Below are positions 29,320 to 30,394 of a DNA stretch of 30,394 nucleotides, piece after piece. The notes under the pieces were generated by a model. That model made no database searches, was not told the DNA's origin, and saw nothing but the letters and a program-made list of their open reading frames with translations. This DNA comes from an uncultured bacterium (GTDB lineage Bacteria > Ratteibacteria > UBA8468 > B48-G9 > JAFGKM01). Numbering within the stretch: the stretch's first letter is position 1; every line of letters begins with the position of its first letter. Both the position numbers and the translations under genes were made by a program. The stretch covers positions 2,037-32,430 of the forward strand of contig CAZYYF010000001.1 in assembly GCA_964650875.1 (NCBI GenBank), read 5' to 3'.

Positions 29320-29804
29320 GAGGGAAAGTATGGAAGTTTGGTGACCATATTAATACAGATGATATTATCGCTGCAAAATATCTTGATACCACTGACAAAA
29401 AAGAGCTTTCTTCTCATTGCATGGAAACCTTTGACGCAGACTTCTCAAAAAAAGTTCGTAAAGGGGATATTATAGTGGCAGGCGAAAATTTTGGCTGTGG
29501 TTCAAGTAGAGAACATGCACCTATATCTATAAAGGAATGTGGTATTTCTGCTGTTATAGCAAAAAGTTTTGCGCGCATATTTTTAAGGAATGCCATAAAT
29601 ATAGGTCTGCCTGTAATTGAACTGAAAAATACCGACGAAATCAGGCAAGGAGATGAACTTGAAATTGATTTTGAAAACGGAATCATAAACAATGTTACAG
29701 GAAACCAAAAATATATATTTGCAAAATATCCTGAATTTTTACAGGAAATTATAAAAAACGGAGGACTGATGAAATGGGTAGCACAAAAAAAAGTTATAAG
29801 ATAG
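29310..29804 (+). CDS. leuD: 3-isopropylmalate dehydratase small subunit
   Basis: KFGDHINTDDII, AGENFGCGSSREHA, AKSFARIFLRNAINIGLP and GGL. GGAGGA RBS. Confidence 0.95.
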   Translation: MEVRGKVWKFGDHINTDDIIAAKYLDTTDKKELSSHCMETFDADFSKKVRKGDIIVAGENFGCGSSREHAPISIKECGISAVIAKSFARIFLRNAINIGLPVIELKNTDEIRQGDELEIDFENGIINNVTGNQKYIFAKYPEFLQEIIKNGGLMKWVAQKKVIR

Positions 29805-30394
29805 CTGTAATACCCGGAGATGGTATTGGCAGAGAAATAATAGCAGAAGGAATGAAGGTTATCAGGGCAGTTGGAGAAAGATACGGCTTTGGACTGGAAA
29901 CAAAGGAGTATGATTTCGGAGGAGAAAGATATCTGAAAACAGGAGAAACTCTTCCCGATTCAGCGATATCGGAATTTCAAAAATTTGATGCTATATATCT
30001 TGGTGCAGTAGGACATCCAGATGTTGCTCCTGGTATACTGGAAAAAGGCATTCTGTTGAAAATAAGGTTTGAATTGGATCAGTACATAAATCTGAGACCT
30101 GTAAAACTTTATCCCGGAGTCTGGCATCCCCTGAAAGATAAAGGTCCAGAAGATATAGACTATGTGGTTGTGAGGGAAAACACTGAAGGAGCATACAGTG
30201 GGATAGGAGGTAGTGTAAAAAAGGGCACAACAGACGAGATAGCCACACAGCTTGATGTAAACACAAGAAAAGGGGTTGAAAGGTGCATTAAGTATGCCTT
30301 TGAGTATTCAAGAAAAAGAAACAGGCAAAGAAAACTCACCGTAGTAGATAAAGCCAACGTACTTACATTTGCTGGAGACCTTTGGAGGCGAACT
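29774..30394 (+). CDS. leuB: 3-isopropylmalate dehydrogenase, 5' part (truncated by the window end; absent from the ORF track)
   Basis: My translation from the ATG at 29774: MGSTKKSYKIAVIPGDGIGREII...AIYLGAVGHP...YINLRPVKL...VVRENTEG...VDKANV. No stop before the window end. Confidence 0.93.
   Translation, partial: MGSTKKSYKIAVIPGDGIGREIIAEGMKVIRAVGERYGFGLETKEYDFGGERYLKTGETLPDSAISEFQKFDAIYLGAVGHPDVAPGILEKGILLKIRFELDQYINLRPVKLYPGVWHPLKDKGPEDIDYVVVRENTEGAYSGIGGSVKKGTTDEIATQLDVNTRKGVERCIKYAFEYSRKRNRQRKLTVVDKANVLTFAGDLWRRT

Noticed and set aside
1-30394. Search for tRNA, rRNA, CRISPR arrays, IS elements, prophage genes and stop-codon recoding
   Set aside because: Intergenic gaps are short (219 bp or less) with no such patterns, no mobile-element proteins are encoded, and TGA/TAA/TAG all act as ordinary stops.

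Overview
A 30.4-kb, AT-rich (roughly 35% GC by eye), densely coding stretch of core chromosome from a diderm, LPS-making bacterium. The gene styles (short-N-domain NusA, compact LeuC/LeuD, stand-alone GMP synthase subunit, Fe-S PurF) suggest an anaerobic, possibly PVC-related candidate lineage; that is inference only. I saw no rRNA, tRNA, CRISPR array, transposase or phage gene. Minus-strand arm (9942 to 1): nusA-infB-HIT-kdsA-kdsD-kdsC-Lpt/OstA lipoprotein-SpoIID/LytB-raiA/hpf-ptsN-ptsI-(partial ORF), behind a near-consensus sigma70 promoter. Plus-strand arm: 126-aa hypothetical-CCA enzyme-HIT-PHP/EndoQ-like-lpxK, then guaA(ATPPase only)-purF-carA-carB-hisH-hisF, then three LPS-type glycosyltransferases, then leuA-leuC-leuD-leuB (partial). 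The most interesting feature is the 8-kb amidotransferase block, grouped by chemistry rather than pathway. Its GMP synthase has no glutaminase domain, its CarA has lost the whole catalytic triad, and its PurF has lost the glutamine-binding loop and oxyanion Asn. HisH is the only intact glutaminase. A 12-bp motif recurs upstream of guaA and purF. This suggests a free-ammonia-dependent or shared-glutaminase system; it is a hypothesis, and no database searches were run.
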